A stretch of 64,000 nt of DNA from an uncultured delta proteobacterium (GCA_963808235.1 CAWEEQ010000004.1:192001-256000), one strand, 5' to 3'; shown: positions 9,436-21,838, counted from the stretch's first letter. The notes: generated from the letters alone by a model not told the origin. Numbers and translations are program-made.

Positions 9436-10782
9436 CTACGGCAACGCGATCGAGAAGATCACTCCATTGTTACATTTGCCGCCCGCTTCGGTCATCCCGT
9501 AGAGCGTATTGTTCACCAGGATCACGTCGTCAACCGGATTGGCGCCGTCTGAATTGCCGCCCTGGAAATCGTGAACTCGCGCGTAGCCGGTGCCGTCGGT
9601 ATTGATCTGAAAAACTGTGCCCAGGCCCTTCGATCCACCCGCGCGGGTAGTGCCGTAAAGCGTGCTGCCATCGAGCAGCAGCGATCCAAACGGGTTCTCG
9701 CCGTCGTTGGTGCTGCCGCCAAAGCTGTGCATCACGGTGAATCTCATTTTGCTGACATTGAACGAAAAAATGATTCCCGCCCCATTCTGACCGCCGGCGG
9801 TGGTCAAGCCGAACAGCTTTGTTCCGGATTGCACCAACGTGCCGTGGTCGGGACTCGCGCCGTCACCGTTGGACATGCAGCCGGGTTCCGCGCCATGCGG
9901 GCAAGTGAAGGTGTGAAGCGTGGCGAGTGTACCGGAGCACATGGTTAGAGGTGAGCAGGTCCCCAGTTTGAAGGAATACACGATCCCCACGTTGTGTTTG
10001 CCGCCGGTCTGAGTCATGCCGTAAAGGATGGCGCCGGTCGGGTCGAAAATCGGCTGGCCGTGCGGATCGGAGCCGCCCTTTATTCCGCCGAACGAATGAA
10101 GCCGTATGTAGCTGCTGGTCGATGGATCGAACGAGAAGATGGTGCCGTTGCCGACCGGGCCGTTTATATGGCCGCCCTCCGAGGTCATGCCGAACAACAC
10201 GCCGCCACCGCTCAGCGCGAAGGTGCTGGCCGGCATATCGCCGTTGTTCTTCAGCGCGCTTTTGTCGAAAGAGTATAGCTCCGAATATCCGGTTCCGTCG
10301 TCATTGATGCTGAAGATGGTCCCGTTATCGTGCTGCCCGCCGATGAGCGTCGTCCCGTACAAGACAGAGCCGTTGAGCGTCATCGCGTTATGCAAAGGCT
10401 CGCTGCCGTCGGGTTTGGTGCCGGTGAAAAGATGATCGATTGTGTAGCCCGATCCGTTCGGGGCGACATGAAAAATGATACCGTCCCCGTTGCCCTTCGT
10501 TGTCGTGGTGAAGGTGCGTCCGAACAGGAACCCGTTGGCGAAGGTCAGCGATCCTTTCGGGTCCGCGCCGTCGAGATTCGAGCAGGTGGTGTTGGAGCTC
10601 GAGCCGAATCCGAAAGTGTAGACCAGGCTGTCCGCAACAGTCGTGGGCTGCTCGATCGTTGCGGGTTCATCGGAATGCGCGATTGCAGGCGCAATCAGGG
10701 CGACGATCGTGAACGCGAGCGTCGCGGCCAGCGCCGGCAAACATTTACGACAAATAGTCAAGTAAAAACTCATAGGCATCAT
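9436..10782 (-). CDS. Secreted beta-propeller repeat protein (GloVer-type tandem repeats)
   Basis: Signal peptide, then about 7 repeats of DGxxPxxxL..LYGxTxxGG..GxIF; likely start near 10782 rather than 11685, which overlaps other genes. Confidence 0.8.
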   Translation of the reverse strand: MMPMSFYLTICRKCLPALAATLAFTIVALIAPAIAHSDEPATIEQPTTVADSLVYTFGFGSSSNTTCSNLDGADPKGSLTFANGFLFGRTFTTTTKGNGDGIIFHVAPNGSGYTIDHLFTGTKPDGSEPLHNAMTLNGSVLYGTTLIGGQHDNGTIFSINDDGTGYSELYSFDKSALKNNGDMPASTFALSGGGVLFGMTSEGGHINGPVGNGTIFSFDPSTSSYIRLHSFGGIKGGSDPHGQPIFDPTGAILYGMTQTGGKHNVGIVYSFKLGTCSPLTMCSGTLATLHTFTCPHGAEPGCMSNGDGASPDHGTLVQSGTKLFGLTTAGGQNGAGIIFSFNVSKMRFTVMHSFGGSTNDGENPFGSLLLDGSTLYGTTRAGGSKGLGTVFQINTDGTGYARVHDFQGGNSDGANPVDDVILVNNTLYGMTEAGGKCNNGVIFSIALP

Positions 10783-10847
10783 TGTCCACGTTTCTCGCAC
10801 CGACTGCATCAAGCTCGCGTGATTTTTCACATATTTGTCACCGAGGT

Positions 10848-11258
10848 TTACGCGATTTTGTAGGTAACTAACGCGTCGGCGACCAGCGCGCCCGAATCGT
10901 CGACGATCTCTACGCTCAAGCTCGCAATTCGTTTGCCTTTGCGGCGCACCCTCGCGCGCGCGAGCAGGTCGGACTCCGTCGCGAAGCCGGCGTAGTTCAC
11001 GGTCATCGAGACTGTGGCGCTGCGCGTTGTCTCGCTGAGACTCCAAACTGCGGCGCACGCCGCCATATCCGCCAGCGTTGCGATCGCACCGCCGTGGACC
11101 GGCGCCTTCGGTCCTCCCTCGTTTAGGAGGCGCAAGTTGAACGGCATCCGCACCACAGCGTCGCCGTTTGCTGCGGACTCGATCTTGAGGCCAAGCGCGG
11201 TGGAGAAGGGTGCGCTTTCGATTGCGTCGAGGAGGGCGCGGCGATCTGGTGTAGACAT
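10848..11258 (-). CDS. PaaI family thioesterase
   Basis: VHGGAIATLAD hotdog motif. Confidence 0.9.
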   Translation of the reverse strand: MSTPDRRALLDAIESAPFSTALGLKIESAANGDAVVRMPFNLRLLNEGGPKAPVHGGAIATLADMAACAAVWSLSETTRSATVSMTVNYAGFATESDLLARARVRRKGKRIASLSVEIVDDSGALVADALVTYKIA

Positions 11259-11264
11259 CGCGGG

Positions 11265-11741
11265 TTATCTCCGTCTCGATTTCGACGCCGCCAGCTTGAG
11301 TGCGAGCGACACCGCCTGCACCGGATTGTCGGCGCGGTTCAATCCGTCGATCTCGGGCCACGAGTCGAGCGCGACAATCGGCTTGCCGAATTTTTTCGCG
11401 AAGCCAATCTCCGCGAGCGTGCCGCCCTCGCCGGGCAGCGCGATTACCGCGTCGGCGCTCGCGACGATAACGGCGTTGCGAGCCTCGCCGATGCCGGTCG
11501 CGATCGCGAATTCGATGTGCCGGTTCGCCGCGCCCCGGTCGTAGCCGGGCAGGATGCCGATCGTATGCCCACCTATTTTGCGGGCGCCCGCCGCCGCGTA
11601 TTCCATCACGCCCGTGCGTCCGCCATTCAGCAGCACTGCGCCGCGCCGTGCGATCTCGCACCCCACTTCGAAGGCGAGCCTGCAAATCGCGCGAGGAGCG
11701 TCGCCCGCGCCGATAACTGCCACGACGCGTCGCACCTTCAT
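11265..11741 (-). CDS. TIGR00725/LOG-like nucleotide-binding protein
   Basis: GGRTGVME, IGILPG, ARNAVIV, GEGGTLAEI. Confidence 0.88.
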   Translation of the reverse strand: MKVRRVVAVIGAGDAPRAICRLAFEVGCEIARRGAVLLNGGRTGVMEYAAAGARKIGGHTIGILPGYDRGAANRHIEFAIATGIGEARNAVIVASADAVIALPGEGGTLAEIGFAKKFGKPIVALDSWPEIDGLNRADNPVQAVSLALKLAASKSRRR

Positions 11742-11748
11742 CGCGACA

Positions 11749-12513
11749 TCACTCGCGCAGACCGATTCGCGCTGGAAGTTCCGCGAGGTCGCCGATCACG
11801 ATGTCAGGCGCCGGAATTCCTTCCGGCAGTTCGCGATCGCGCCTGCGAATCCACGCGCAATGCATCCCGACTCCCTTGGCGCCCAGCACGTCGTCGTGCG
11901 GAGTATCGCCGACGAACAGTATGTCCGCGGGCTCCAGCTGCATCAGCTGGAGAATTCTTTTGAAGATGAGCGGGTTGGGTTTTCGATATCCGGTATCGGC
12001 CGAGATGATTACGGCGTCGAACAGGTCGCGAATCCCGGTATCCTTCATGATCAGATGGCCGGTTTCGGAATCGTCGAAGTTCGAGATGAGTCCGATCCGC
12101 AAGTGCTTCGCGATTTTTTTCATCGCCTCGATTCTCGTGGCCGGCGCCTTGGTGACTTCGCGAACGCGACTCATGTGAGTCTTGCGCAGATTTTCGGCTA
12201 GCGGCGCTGTTTCATTGTCGTCAAGCCCGAGCTTCCTGAGCGTACGGACGAATCGCTCGAGGCAGGTCACCTCCATCGCGTCGCCGCCGGCACGCTCGGT
12301 GGAAATCTCGTTGAAGACGGCAGCGTGCGCGGTCATGAAACTCTCGCGGTCGAACCGATCCCCGAGCGCCGTCTCGAGCGCGGGAAACAGCAGCGGCATC
12401 GTGCTGCGAAACTCGTGGCCGCGCCATTCGACCATTGGCAGCCCTTCGGGATTCCAGTTAACCAGCGTGTCGAATAGATCGATTACGACCGCTTTGTACC
12501 GAGGCTCACCCAC
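11749..12513 (-). CDS. HAD-superfamily hydrolase
   Basis: DLFDTL, ISN, KPNP, FVGD..DDVLGA. Confidence 0.9.
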   Translation of the reverse strand: MGEPRYKAVVIDLFDTLVNWNPEGLPMVEWRGHEFRSTMPLLFPALETALGDRFDRESFMTAHAAVFNEISTERAGGDAMEVTCLERFVRTLRKLGLDDNETAPLAENLRKTHMSRVREVTKAPATRIEAMKKIAKHLRIGLISNFDDSETGHLIMKDTGIRDLFDAVIISADTGYRKPNPLIFKRILQLMQLEPADILFVGDTPHDDVLGAKGVGMHCAWIRRRDRELPEGIPAPDIVIGDLAELPARIGLRE

Positions 12514-12976
12514 GCGGCGTCAACGCTCCCGACGTGCCGACCACCGCCGCGAGGTTCAACAGCAGCACCGCGCCGTTGAGCATCACCGACATCCGATGCA
12601 GCCGGTCGAACTCGGCTTTGCGCACCGGATCGGGATTCGCTTCCTCGGTGACGGTGCGAATCGCCTCGACTCGCGGGCGAATAATGGCGCCCGCATAGAC
12701 GGTCAGCCCGAGCGCGATTGCGAGCGCCAGCGTCGTGCCGCCCCACCATAGTCGCGGCGTGCGCACTGCCGTGATGTATATCGCCATCACCAGGCTCACG
12801 GAGCCCGCGATGTACCCGAGCAGGTAGTACTGCGGAAAGAGCGCTCGGATCGCCAGCCCGGCTTCCGGGCGCGGCAAGCTCGCGAACACGATTCGAGTCG
12901 TGAAGAAGGAGAAGAAAACGATCCCGCCGAGCCAGCAGGCGAGGGCGACCAGGTAAACGGACAATATTATCAACAT
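12506..12976 (-). CDS. DUF4149 (TMEM205-like) membrane protein
   Basis: 4 TM segments; LFPQYY and FDRLHRMSVMLN motifs. Confidence 0.8.
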   Translation of the reverse strand: MLIILSVYLVALACWLGGIVFFSFFTTRIVFASLPRPEAGLAIRALFPQYYLLGYIAGSVSLVMAIYITAVRTPRLWWGGTTLALAIALGLTVYAGAIIRPRVEAIRTVTEEANPDPVRKAEFDRLHRMSVMLNGAVLLLNLAAVVGTSGALTPRG

Positions 12977-13027
12977 TATTTTTCTATCGCGAAAAAATTG
13001 CGCCGCGGTCTCGAGCAGAGTTGCGCG

Positions 13028-13453
13028 CTAGTTGAGCCAGGGCTTGGACGTGCCGGGCAGCGGTTGACGTTCCGCGAAGCCGGCGTCGACGCTATGCCAT
13101 GCGATCACGCGCGACTCTCCGAACTGCCAGCATAGAAAAACGACTTCGTCGCCGGCATCGTACGGAAAGTCGATCAATCCCTGGTCGATATCCTTGAGGA
13201 TGCATCCGAATGATTCGATTTGCCCAGCCGCCTCCGCCATGTTGTTGGTGAACGATCGCAACTCCGGATACTGCCCGACGATCTCGCTGAACTCCGCGTG
13301 CAGAATCGACGGATCGGCGACCGACAACTCCTCGACCCGCGCGCGCAGCGAGGTCGCCTGCATCTGGATCTGACGCATTAGAATTTCCAGGCGCGGAATC
13401 AGCTCGTTGGCTTCTTCCTCGCTGAATAGCTTATCGAATCTAATATTAGGCAA
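13028..13453 (-). CDS. DUF2203 family protein
   Basis: FSEEEANELIP; KDIDQGLIDFP..FLCWQFGE..WH..GFAERQP. Confidence 0.88.
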   Translation of the reverse strand: MPNIRFDKLFSEEEANELIPRLEILMRQIQMQATSLRARVEELSVADPSILHAEFSEIVGQYPELRSFTNNMAEAAGQIESFGCILKDIDQGLIDFPYDAGDEVVFLCWQFGESRVIAWHSVDAGFAERQPLPGTSKPWLN

Positions 13454-13607
13454 CGTTTTCTCGTAAGTGGCGCCACCCGCCGACCGTGATTACCTTCTGC
13501 TAAGATGGTTACCTTGTCTGCATCGCCACCATATATTACGGTGAATTTTGGGTTGTGTGGAAGCGGGGGATGCGCGGGGTTTCCCTCCCGACGAGGTTCG
13601 GATTCCT

Positions 13608-16037
<2,430 letters not shown>

Positions 16038-16169
16038 CCCACGGTCCCCTCCAAAGGGCTGGGTTTGGAGACTAAACGGAGGGATGGACGCTCCCCGCTT
16101 ACTTAATCTCTCAGAAATGCACGGCCACACTTCTACCTAAGCGGAAAGGATTAAGGGTTTAGCGGGTCG

Positions 16170-17627
16170 GTGAAAATCGCGATTGTTGCCGCCGAAGCGG
16201 CGCCCCATGCCAAAGCCGGAGGGCTTGCCGATGTGATCGGTGCGCTGCCCGGCGCGCTCAAGGCCATCGGACAGGAGCCCGCGCTGATCGTGCCGGGCTA
16301 CGCGTCGATCCTCGGCAGCATCGAGGCGGTCCCGGTCGCGCGCAACCGGTCGATCCGGATGGGCAACCAGGTCGAGCGTTTTTCTGTCCTCGGTGCCGTC
16401 GATCCTCACGGCGTCCCGATGTACCTGATCGAGCATCCGGGATTTTTCGCGCGCGCCGAAATCTACGGCGAACGCGGCAAGGATTATCCCGACAATCTGA
16501 AACGCTTCGTCTTCTTCAGCCGCGCCGCCGCGATGGCCGCGGCCGAGATAGTCCGCCCCGACGTGATGCATGCGCACGATTGGCACGCCGCCGGTGTGCC
16601 GATCGCGATCCGCGCCGACGCGAGCTTGCGCGACAAGTTCAAGGACACGCTCTCGATCTTCACGATTCACAACCTCGCCTTCCAGGGAATCGGCAAGCGT
16701 GAAGACTTCGGGCTGCTCGGCATCGACGCGTCGTACAATTCGGTCGACTACCTGGAATTTTACGGTCACCTGAATCTGATGAAGGGTGCGCTTGTGCTCG
16801 CTGACGGCGCGTCCACTGTGAGTCCGACCTACGCGCGCGAAGTGACCACCGACCCCGAGCTTGGCTTCGGACTCGAAGGCGTGCTGCGCGACAAGGGCGA
16901 TCGCTTTACCGGAATTCTAAACGGCGCCGACTACGAGCAATGGGATCCGGCCATCGACGGCGAAATCGCGGCGCGATACTCGGCTCGAAATCCCGAAGGT
17001 AAGCGGCGATGCACGAGAGCGCTGCGCGAATTGCTGAAGCTGCCCGATCGCAATGACTGCCCGATTGTTGGGATGGTCACGCGGATGACCGCGCAGAAGG
17101 GCGTCGACCTGCTGATGGAGGCTCTGGAAGCCGTGATGCGGCTCGACTTGCAGCTGGTCATGCTGGCGAGCGGCGATCCCGCACTCGAGAAGTTTTTCAA
17201 AGATGCACAGGCGCGATTTCCCCAAAAACTTCGGGTCATCGTTGAGTTCAACGATTCGCTCGCGCATCGCATCCAGGCCGGTAGCGACGCGTTCCTGATG
17301 CCGTCGCGATTCGAGCCGTGCGGACTAACGCAAATGTATGCGCTCCGCTACGGCAGCGCCCCGGTTGTGCGCGCGACCGGAGGTCTCCGCGATACAGTCA
17401 GCGAATTCGACGCCGCAAAGGGAACCGGCAACGGTTTTGTGTTCGAGAAATTCGCCACGGGCGAAATGGTCGCGGCGCTCACTCGCATGACCGCGACCTT
17501 CCGCAATCGCAACGCATGGCAGCGCCTGATGGCCAATTGCTTTGCCTCGGACTTTTCATGGGAGCATGCCGCGCGCCAATACGCCGATTGGTTTTCAAAG
17601 CTCCGCAAAGAGCGCGCGCTCAGCTAG
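16170..17627 (+). CDS. glgA: Glycogen synthase
   Basis: KAGGLADV, HAHDWH, TIHNLAFQG, PSRFEPCGL, TGGLRDTV. Confidence 0.95.
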   Translation: MKIAIVAAEAAPHAKAGGLADVIGALPGALKAIGQEPALIVPGYASILGSIEAVPVARNRSIRMGNQVERFSVLGAVDPHGVPMYLIEHPGFFARAEIYGERGKDYPDNLKRFVFFSRAAAMAAAEIVRPDVMHAHDWHAAGVPIAIRADASLRDKFKDTLSIFTIHNLAFQGIGKREDFGLLGIDASYNSVDYLEFYGHLNLMKGALVLADGASTVSPTYAREVTTDPELGFGLEGVLRDKGDRFTGILNGADYEQWDPAIDGEIAARYSARNPEGKRRCTRALRELLKLPDRNDCPIVGMVTRMTAQKGVDLLMEALEAVMRLDLQLVMLASGDPALEKFFKDAQARFPQKLRVIVEFNDSLAHRIQAGSDAFLMPSRFEPCGLTQMYALRYGSAPVVRATGGLRDTVSEFDAAKGTGNGFVFEKFATGEMVAALTRMTATFRNRNAWQRLMANCFASDFSWEHAARQYADWFSKLRKERALS

Positions 17628-17636
17628 AATCCGGCC

Positions 17637-18266
17637 GTGGCCCTTTCGCATCATCACTACCTCGTTTACGGCGACGGCTCCTGTATCGGTAATCCCGGCC
17701 CCGGCGGATGGGGAGTCGTGCTCACCGATCCCGACGGCGGCGTTGCTGAACTAAACGGCCACGATCCGAAGACGACCAACAACCGGATGGAACTGACCGC
17801 CGCGATCGAGGGCCTGCGTGCGACTCCGCCCGAGTCTCACGTGCTGCTCCGCAGCGACAGCCAGTACGTAGTGAAAACGATCACCGACGGATGGAAGCGC
17901 AAAGCCAACCAGGATCTGTGGCTGCTCCTCGACGCGGAACTCGATGCGCGCAACGTCAGATTCGAATGGGTGCGCGGGCACGACACCGATCCGATAAACA
18001 ATCGTGCCGACGAACTCGCCCTCATGGGTGCGCATGGCAAGCTGCTCGCCGACGGCGCATCGCCAAAAAAGGCGCCCGCAAGACGCCCGTCCGCCAGCCG
18101 AACTGCGCGCGCGCGCGCCGAAGAATCAGCGCGACTGGCAGCGATGCTTGAGGATCGCGAATCGATTAAGGATTGTGCCGGATGCGGCGCCAGTTTCGTA
18201 AGCGCGCATGCCGGCGACAACTATTGCTCGCAAGCCCGCTGCCAGCTAAAAGCACGCGTCCGCTAG
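17637..18266 (+). CDS. rnhA: Ribonuclease HI with C-terminal Cys4 extension
   Basis: DGSCIGNPGPGGWG, TTNNRMEL, SDSQYV, NQDLW, WVRGH, NNRADELA; tail CAGC...CSQARC. Confidence 0.9.
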   Translation: MALSHHHYLVYGDGSCIGNPGPGGWGVVLTDPDGGVAELNGHDPKTTNNRMELTAAIEGLRATPPESHVLLRSDSQYVVKTITDGWKRKANQDLWLLLDAELDARNVRFEWVRGHDTDPINNRADELALMGAHGKLLADGASPKKAPARRPSASRTARARAEESARLAAMLEDRESIKDCAGCGASFVSAHAGDNYCSQARCQLKARVR

Positions 18267-18272
18267 TCGCCG

Positions 18273-19043
18273 CTACCAGATCGTCGGGATCAGCGCGTCG
18301 GTCTCGCGCATGTACGCTTCGTACTCTTCGCCGAAACGCTCGAGCATCGCGGCGTCCTCGTCGCGCATCCGCCGATAACAGAAAATCGCACCGATGATGA
18401 AGGTCGCCATCGCGGTTACCGGCGCGCCATACACCAGCGGCCATGACAGCGTCACCAGGAATGTTCCCGCGTAAATCGGATGGCGAATGTAGCGGTAGAA
18501 GCCGCGCTTCACCGGCACTGTGTCCTCGGGATTGCGGCCGGAAGTGAAAAATCCAAGTTGAATTCGCGCGCCCAGCGCCAGCCACATCCCGCACAATTCC
18601 AGCAACAGGCCAAGAGCGCTGAGCCATTGCGGCGCGAGGCCGCCATAAACGTAGGTGCGCTCGAAGGGCGCCGCCGCGAACATCGCGAGCAACGGCAGTT
18701 GCACCCAAATCCGCCGGACCAGTTCCTCGCGCGCAGGCAGGTCGTCCGTATCCTCGCGCACCAGCAAATCGGAAAAGCGAAATCCCGCATACGCCACCAC
18801 GTATGCGAAGACGTAGCGATGCTCGACGAAGTAGGCGGTGATCCCGAGCCCCAAAGCGATCGCGCCGATCACCGCGACCAGAAAAATCGCGGCCTCCGCA
18901 AGGCGCATCGCAAGGCTGCGAATAAAATGCGGCTGCGTAATCTTCACGGCGACGTTGCTCGGGATCGCCGGATTCGGCAGCTTCAATCCGCCAGTCGGTT
19001 TGCGCGGCGGCGGCGGTGCCTCGATGTTCATTTCACTCGCCAT
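18273..19043 (-). CDS. Isoprenylcysteine carboxyl methyltransferase (ICMT/PEMT) family membrane protein
   Basis: GFYRYIRHPIYAG and E..ML.RFGEEYEAY motifs. Confidence 0.85.
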   Translation of the reverse strand: MASEMNIEAPPPPRKPTGGLKLPNPAIPSNVAVKITQPHFIRSLAMRLAEAAIFLVAVIGAIALGLGITAYFVEHRYVFAYVVAYAGFRFSDLLVREDTDDLPAREELVRRIWVQLPLLAMFAAAPFERTYVYGGLAPQWLSALGLLLELCGMWLALGARIQLGFFTSGRNPEDTVPVKRGFYRYIRHPIYAGTFLVTLSWPLVYGAPVTAMATFIIGAIFCYRRMRDEDAAMLERFGEEYEAYMRETDALIPTIW

Positions 19044-19310
19044 CTGAATTTAGATGCCACTGTTGCAGATGATTTGATTTTGTCAAAGCGCACTCGCTGG
19101 CAACTGACCTGCCGCAAAATAGCTGCATCGATAGCACTGCTCTAGTTTCGCGAATCAAGAAATTTAACGCGAATCGCAGGTTTGCCCGACTTTAGTCTCG
19201 CAATATGCGATCATAAATAAGTCTTTAGAATTCAAGCTTTTTTCATTTGTTTCGATTTTGTTACGACTACCTAGCGATCCGAATCCTTGTATAATCGCGA
19301 GTTTTTCTCG

Positions 19311-19326
19311 TGGCACAGCCATTGCT
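19311..19326 (+). promoter_or_regulatory. Sigma54 (-24/-12) promoter
   Basis: TGGCACAGCCATTGCT matches TGGCAC-N5-TTGCW; AT-rich region upstream; lies just 5' of an SD-bearing ORF. Confidence 0.8.
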
Positions 19327-19363
19327 TTAGCAGGCATAGCAACTAAGCCGGGAGGCAAAGAAA

Positions 19364-19537
19364 ATGAACGCAACAATCAACGAAGCAAGACTGACCGGAT
19401 TCACCAAGACCACCGAGACCGAAGCATCCGAGGGAACCCGCTATGCGCAGAACAGCCTGCTGAGCGAACTGCCCGGCCTGGTGTTCGGCGTGATCACACT
19501 CGGATACATCGTCAGCTCTTTGCTGGCCTTGGCCTGA
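19364..19537 (+). CDS. Small membrane protein, 57 aa (paralog 1; not in the ORF track)
   Basis: MNATINEARLTGFTKTTETEASEGTRYAQNSLLSELPGLVFGVITLGYIVSSLLALA; SD GGGAGG; C-terminal TM helix. Confidence 0.8.
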   Translation: MNATINEARLTGFTKTTETEASEGTRYAQNSLLSELPGLVFGVITLGYIVSSLLALA

Positions 19538-19570
19538 AAACAGCAAACGAATTTTTTGGGAGGCACTCAA

Positions 19571-19744
19571 ATGAACGCAACTATTAACGAAGCAAGGCTC
19601 GCCGGAATCGGCACGGTTGTTGAGGAATCGAGCAACGAAATGCGTGCAGCGCAGTACAACATTCTGAACGAAGCGCCGGTCGCGATTTTCGGAATCATCA
19701 CCGTCTTCTACATCGTGAGCTCGTTGTTCGCGCTGGTGCACTAG
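19571..19744 (+). CDS. Small membrane protein, 57 aa (paralog 2)
   Basis: MNATINEARLAGIGTVVEESSNEMRAAQYNILNEAPVAIFGIITVFYIVSSLFALVH; SD GGGAGG; same length as paralog 1. Confidence 0.8.
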   Translation: MNATINEARLAGIGTVVEESSNEMRAAQYNILNEAPVAIFGIITVFYIVSSLFALVH

Positions 19745-20361
19745 ACGATGTTGTCCGGCGGAGCCGAAATCGCAACTGTGACTGGACGCCGGGTTAGCTC
19801 GGGCGCAGCGATATCGGCCCGCGCGGAGATGCGCGCGGCACTCACAGGCTCGACGACAGCTCGCGCGACCATCGTGAGCGATACCCAAATCACCGCCGCT
19901 GCCAGCAAGATCGTAAACCACGCCATCGCGCGTATTCGGCGCAGCATCGAGTTTATCTTCGCCACGGTAAACGCCTCGCCATCGCCGTGCGCGGCCACCT
20001 CTTCCTGGCGTCCTATCCTGAATGCCAGTCCGAACGTGATGTAGGTCTGGATGAAGATGAGCGCAAAGGCCAGCCCCAGCTTGAGTTCGAGTGGGCCGCC
20101 GATCCGCGCGAAGTAGTCGAACTTCATCGACGCTTTCAAGTCCGTCAGGCGCATCGCGCCCGTAATCACAATAATTCCCAGCACTCCGATCGTGAACGGG
20201 TTGTAGAACTTGAACCCGGCGATCAGGCTCGCGCGGCGCGCCGCCTCGTTCGGCGCAGTCTCCGCGGCGGGTATCAGCATGTAGATGACCGCGAACTGCG
20301 CGCCGACATACGCGGCCATCGCGCATAGATGCAGCCAGATGAGGACTTCGCCGCCGATCAT
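19741..20361 (-). CDS. CopD/DUF4149-like multi-TM membrane protein
   Basis: WLHL..AYVG, ITGA, LELKL pattern; 4 TM segments; start set at MIGGEV. Confidence 0.65.
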   Translation of the reverse strand: MIGGEVLIWLHLCAMAAYVGAQFAVIYMLIPAAETAPNEAARRASLIAGFKFYNPFTIGVLGIIVITGAMRLTDLKASMKFDYFARIGGPLELKLGLAFALIFIQTYITFGLAFRIGRQEEVAAHGDGEAFTVAKINSMLRRIRAMAWFTILLAAAVIWVSLTMVARAVVEPVSAARISARADIAAPELTRRPVTVAISAPPDNIV

Positions 20362-20404
20362 CGGATCCGACGGCCTGTGTTCCTGTTGAGGTTCGAACGC
20401 TTGT

Positions 20405-21763
20405 TCAAATGACCGGGTCGAAGTCCAGTGCGCCGCTGCGAGCAAGTCGCGAGTACCAGTGCCCGCTTTCTTTCACCGTACGAGCTTGGGTCTCGAAGTC
20501 GCAGTACACGATTCCGAAGCGCTGCTGGAATCCCTCGGCCCATTCGAAGTTGTCGGTGAATGTCCACAGAAAGTAGCCGCGCACGTCGGCGCCGGCCTGG
20601 ATCGCCTTTCCCACCTCGAAAATAAATCTGCGCAGAAAGCTGACCCGCCGCTGGTCGTTGACCTTGCCGTCGGGACCTGGCTTGTCGCCGTAGGAGCATC
20701 CATTCTCGGTGACGTAGATCGGGATGCCACCGAAGTCCTTCGTGATGCGCAAGATCATATCGGAAAGCGCCGGCGGATAAACTTCCCATCCGAACTCGGT
20801 GACCTCTTCGCCGCCGGCGCGGACCTGCTTGACCCCCATGTTGTGATCCTGCGGATCGTGCGCGACGACTGCGCGCGTGTAGAGATTGATCCCGATAAAG
20901 TCGAGCGGCGCCTTAATCGTCTCCATGTCGCCGGCGCGAATCTCCACGTGATCCTCGACCGATCCTCTCACGTACGCCTCCGGATACCTGCCGTGAACCA
21001 CCGGGTCGAGGAACCACAGGTTGTAAAATCGATGCCATCGCTCGGCCGCCGCACGATCCTCGAGTGAGCCTGTCCGCGGATGCACCGGCGACATGCTAAA
21101 CGCGGTGCCTACTGCATCGGGCTTGTTCTTGGATTCGCGGATCGCCTTGATCGCCATGCCCTGCGCAAGGTTGACAGTATGCGTCGCCTTGATCGCGTTG
21201 GCGGGATCGCGCCGGCCCGGCGCATGACTTCCCACCAGGTAGCCGAGGATCGTGAAAATCCACGGCTCGTTGAATGCCATCCAATGTTTCACGCGATCGC
21301 CAAGTGAATCGGCAACCACTGCTGCGTAATCGCGGAAGTACTCGGCCAGGTCACGATTCGGCCATCCGCCGGCGTCTTCGAGCGGCTGCGGGAGGTCCCA
21401 ATGATAAAGCGTCACCCACGGTTGGATGTTGCGGCGGAGCATCGCGTCGACGACGCGGCTGTAGAAGTCGAGTCCCTTCTGATTAATGCTGCCTTTGCCG
21501 AGCGGCATGATGCGCGGCCATGAGAGCGAGATTCGCGCCGCGTTCAGACCGAGGTCGGCCATCAGCGCGATGTCGTCGTCGTAGCGATGGTAGAAATCGC
21601 AAGCGACGTCGCCGCTGTTGCCGTTCTTTATTTTCCCGGGCGTGTGCGAGAAGCGATCCCAGATTGATTCGCCCTTGCCGTCCTCGTTCCAGCCGCCCTC
21701 GATCTGATAGGACGCGCTGGCAGTGCCCCACAAAAATCCCTTCGGAAAACTAGTCGCCGCCAT
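20405..21763 (-). CDS. GH1 beta-glucosidase
   Basis: FLWGTASASYQIEG, TLYHWDLP, FNEP and TENG catalytic motifs, DNFEW..GF..RFG. Confidence 0.95.
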   Translation of the reverse strand: MAATSFPKGFLWGTASASYQIEGGWNEDGKGESIWDRFSHTPGKIKNGNSGDVACDFYHRYDDDIALMADLGLNAARISLSWPRIMPLGKGSINQKGLDFYSRVVDAMLRRNIQPWVTLYHWDLPQPLEDAGGWPNRDLAEYFRDYAAVVADSLGDRVKHWMAFNEPWIFTILGYLVGSHAPGRRDPANAIKATHTVNLAQGMAIKAIRESKNKPDAVGTAFSMSPVHPRTGSLEDRAAAERWHRFYNLWFLDPVVHGRYPEAYVRGSVEDHVEIRAGDMETIKAPLDFIGINLYTRAVVAHDPQDHNMGVKQVRAGGEEVTEFGWEVYPPALSDMILRITKDFGGIPIYVTENGCSYGDKPGPDGKVNDQRRVSFLRRFIFEVGKAIQAGADVRGYFLWTFTDNFEWAEGFQQRFGIVYCDFETQARTVKESGHWYSRLARSGALDFDPVI

Positions 21764-21838
21764 AGGCCGGTTTGTTAGCACAGCAATAAAAAATAGGCGA
21801 CCCCGCTTGATTCTTATGTGAGTGCAAACCGCGCGAGC

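Noticed and set aside
9436-10620. Repetitive DNA that could suggest a CRISPR or nucleotide repeat array
   Set aside because: The repeats are degenerate and at protein level (beta-propeller blades); I saw no repeat-spacer array or cas genes in the window
10783-11685. N-terminal 300 aa of the 749-aa ORF 9436-11685
   Set aside because: Overlaps the PaaI and TIGR00725 genes on the same strand; the signal peptide begins near 10782
16038-16165. Nested inverted repeats after lon
   Set aside because: Could be a terminator or REP remnant, but the pairing is ambiguous and I saw no second copy
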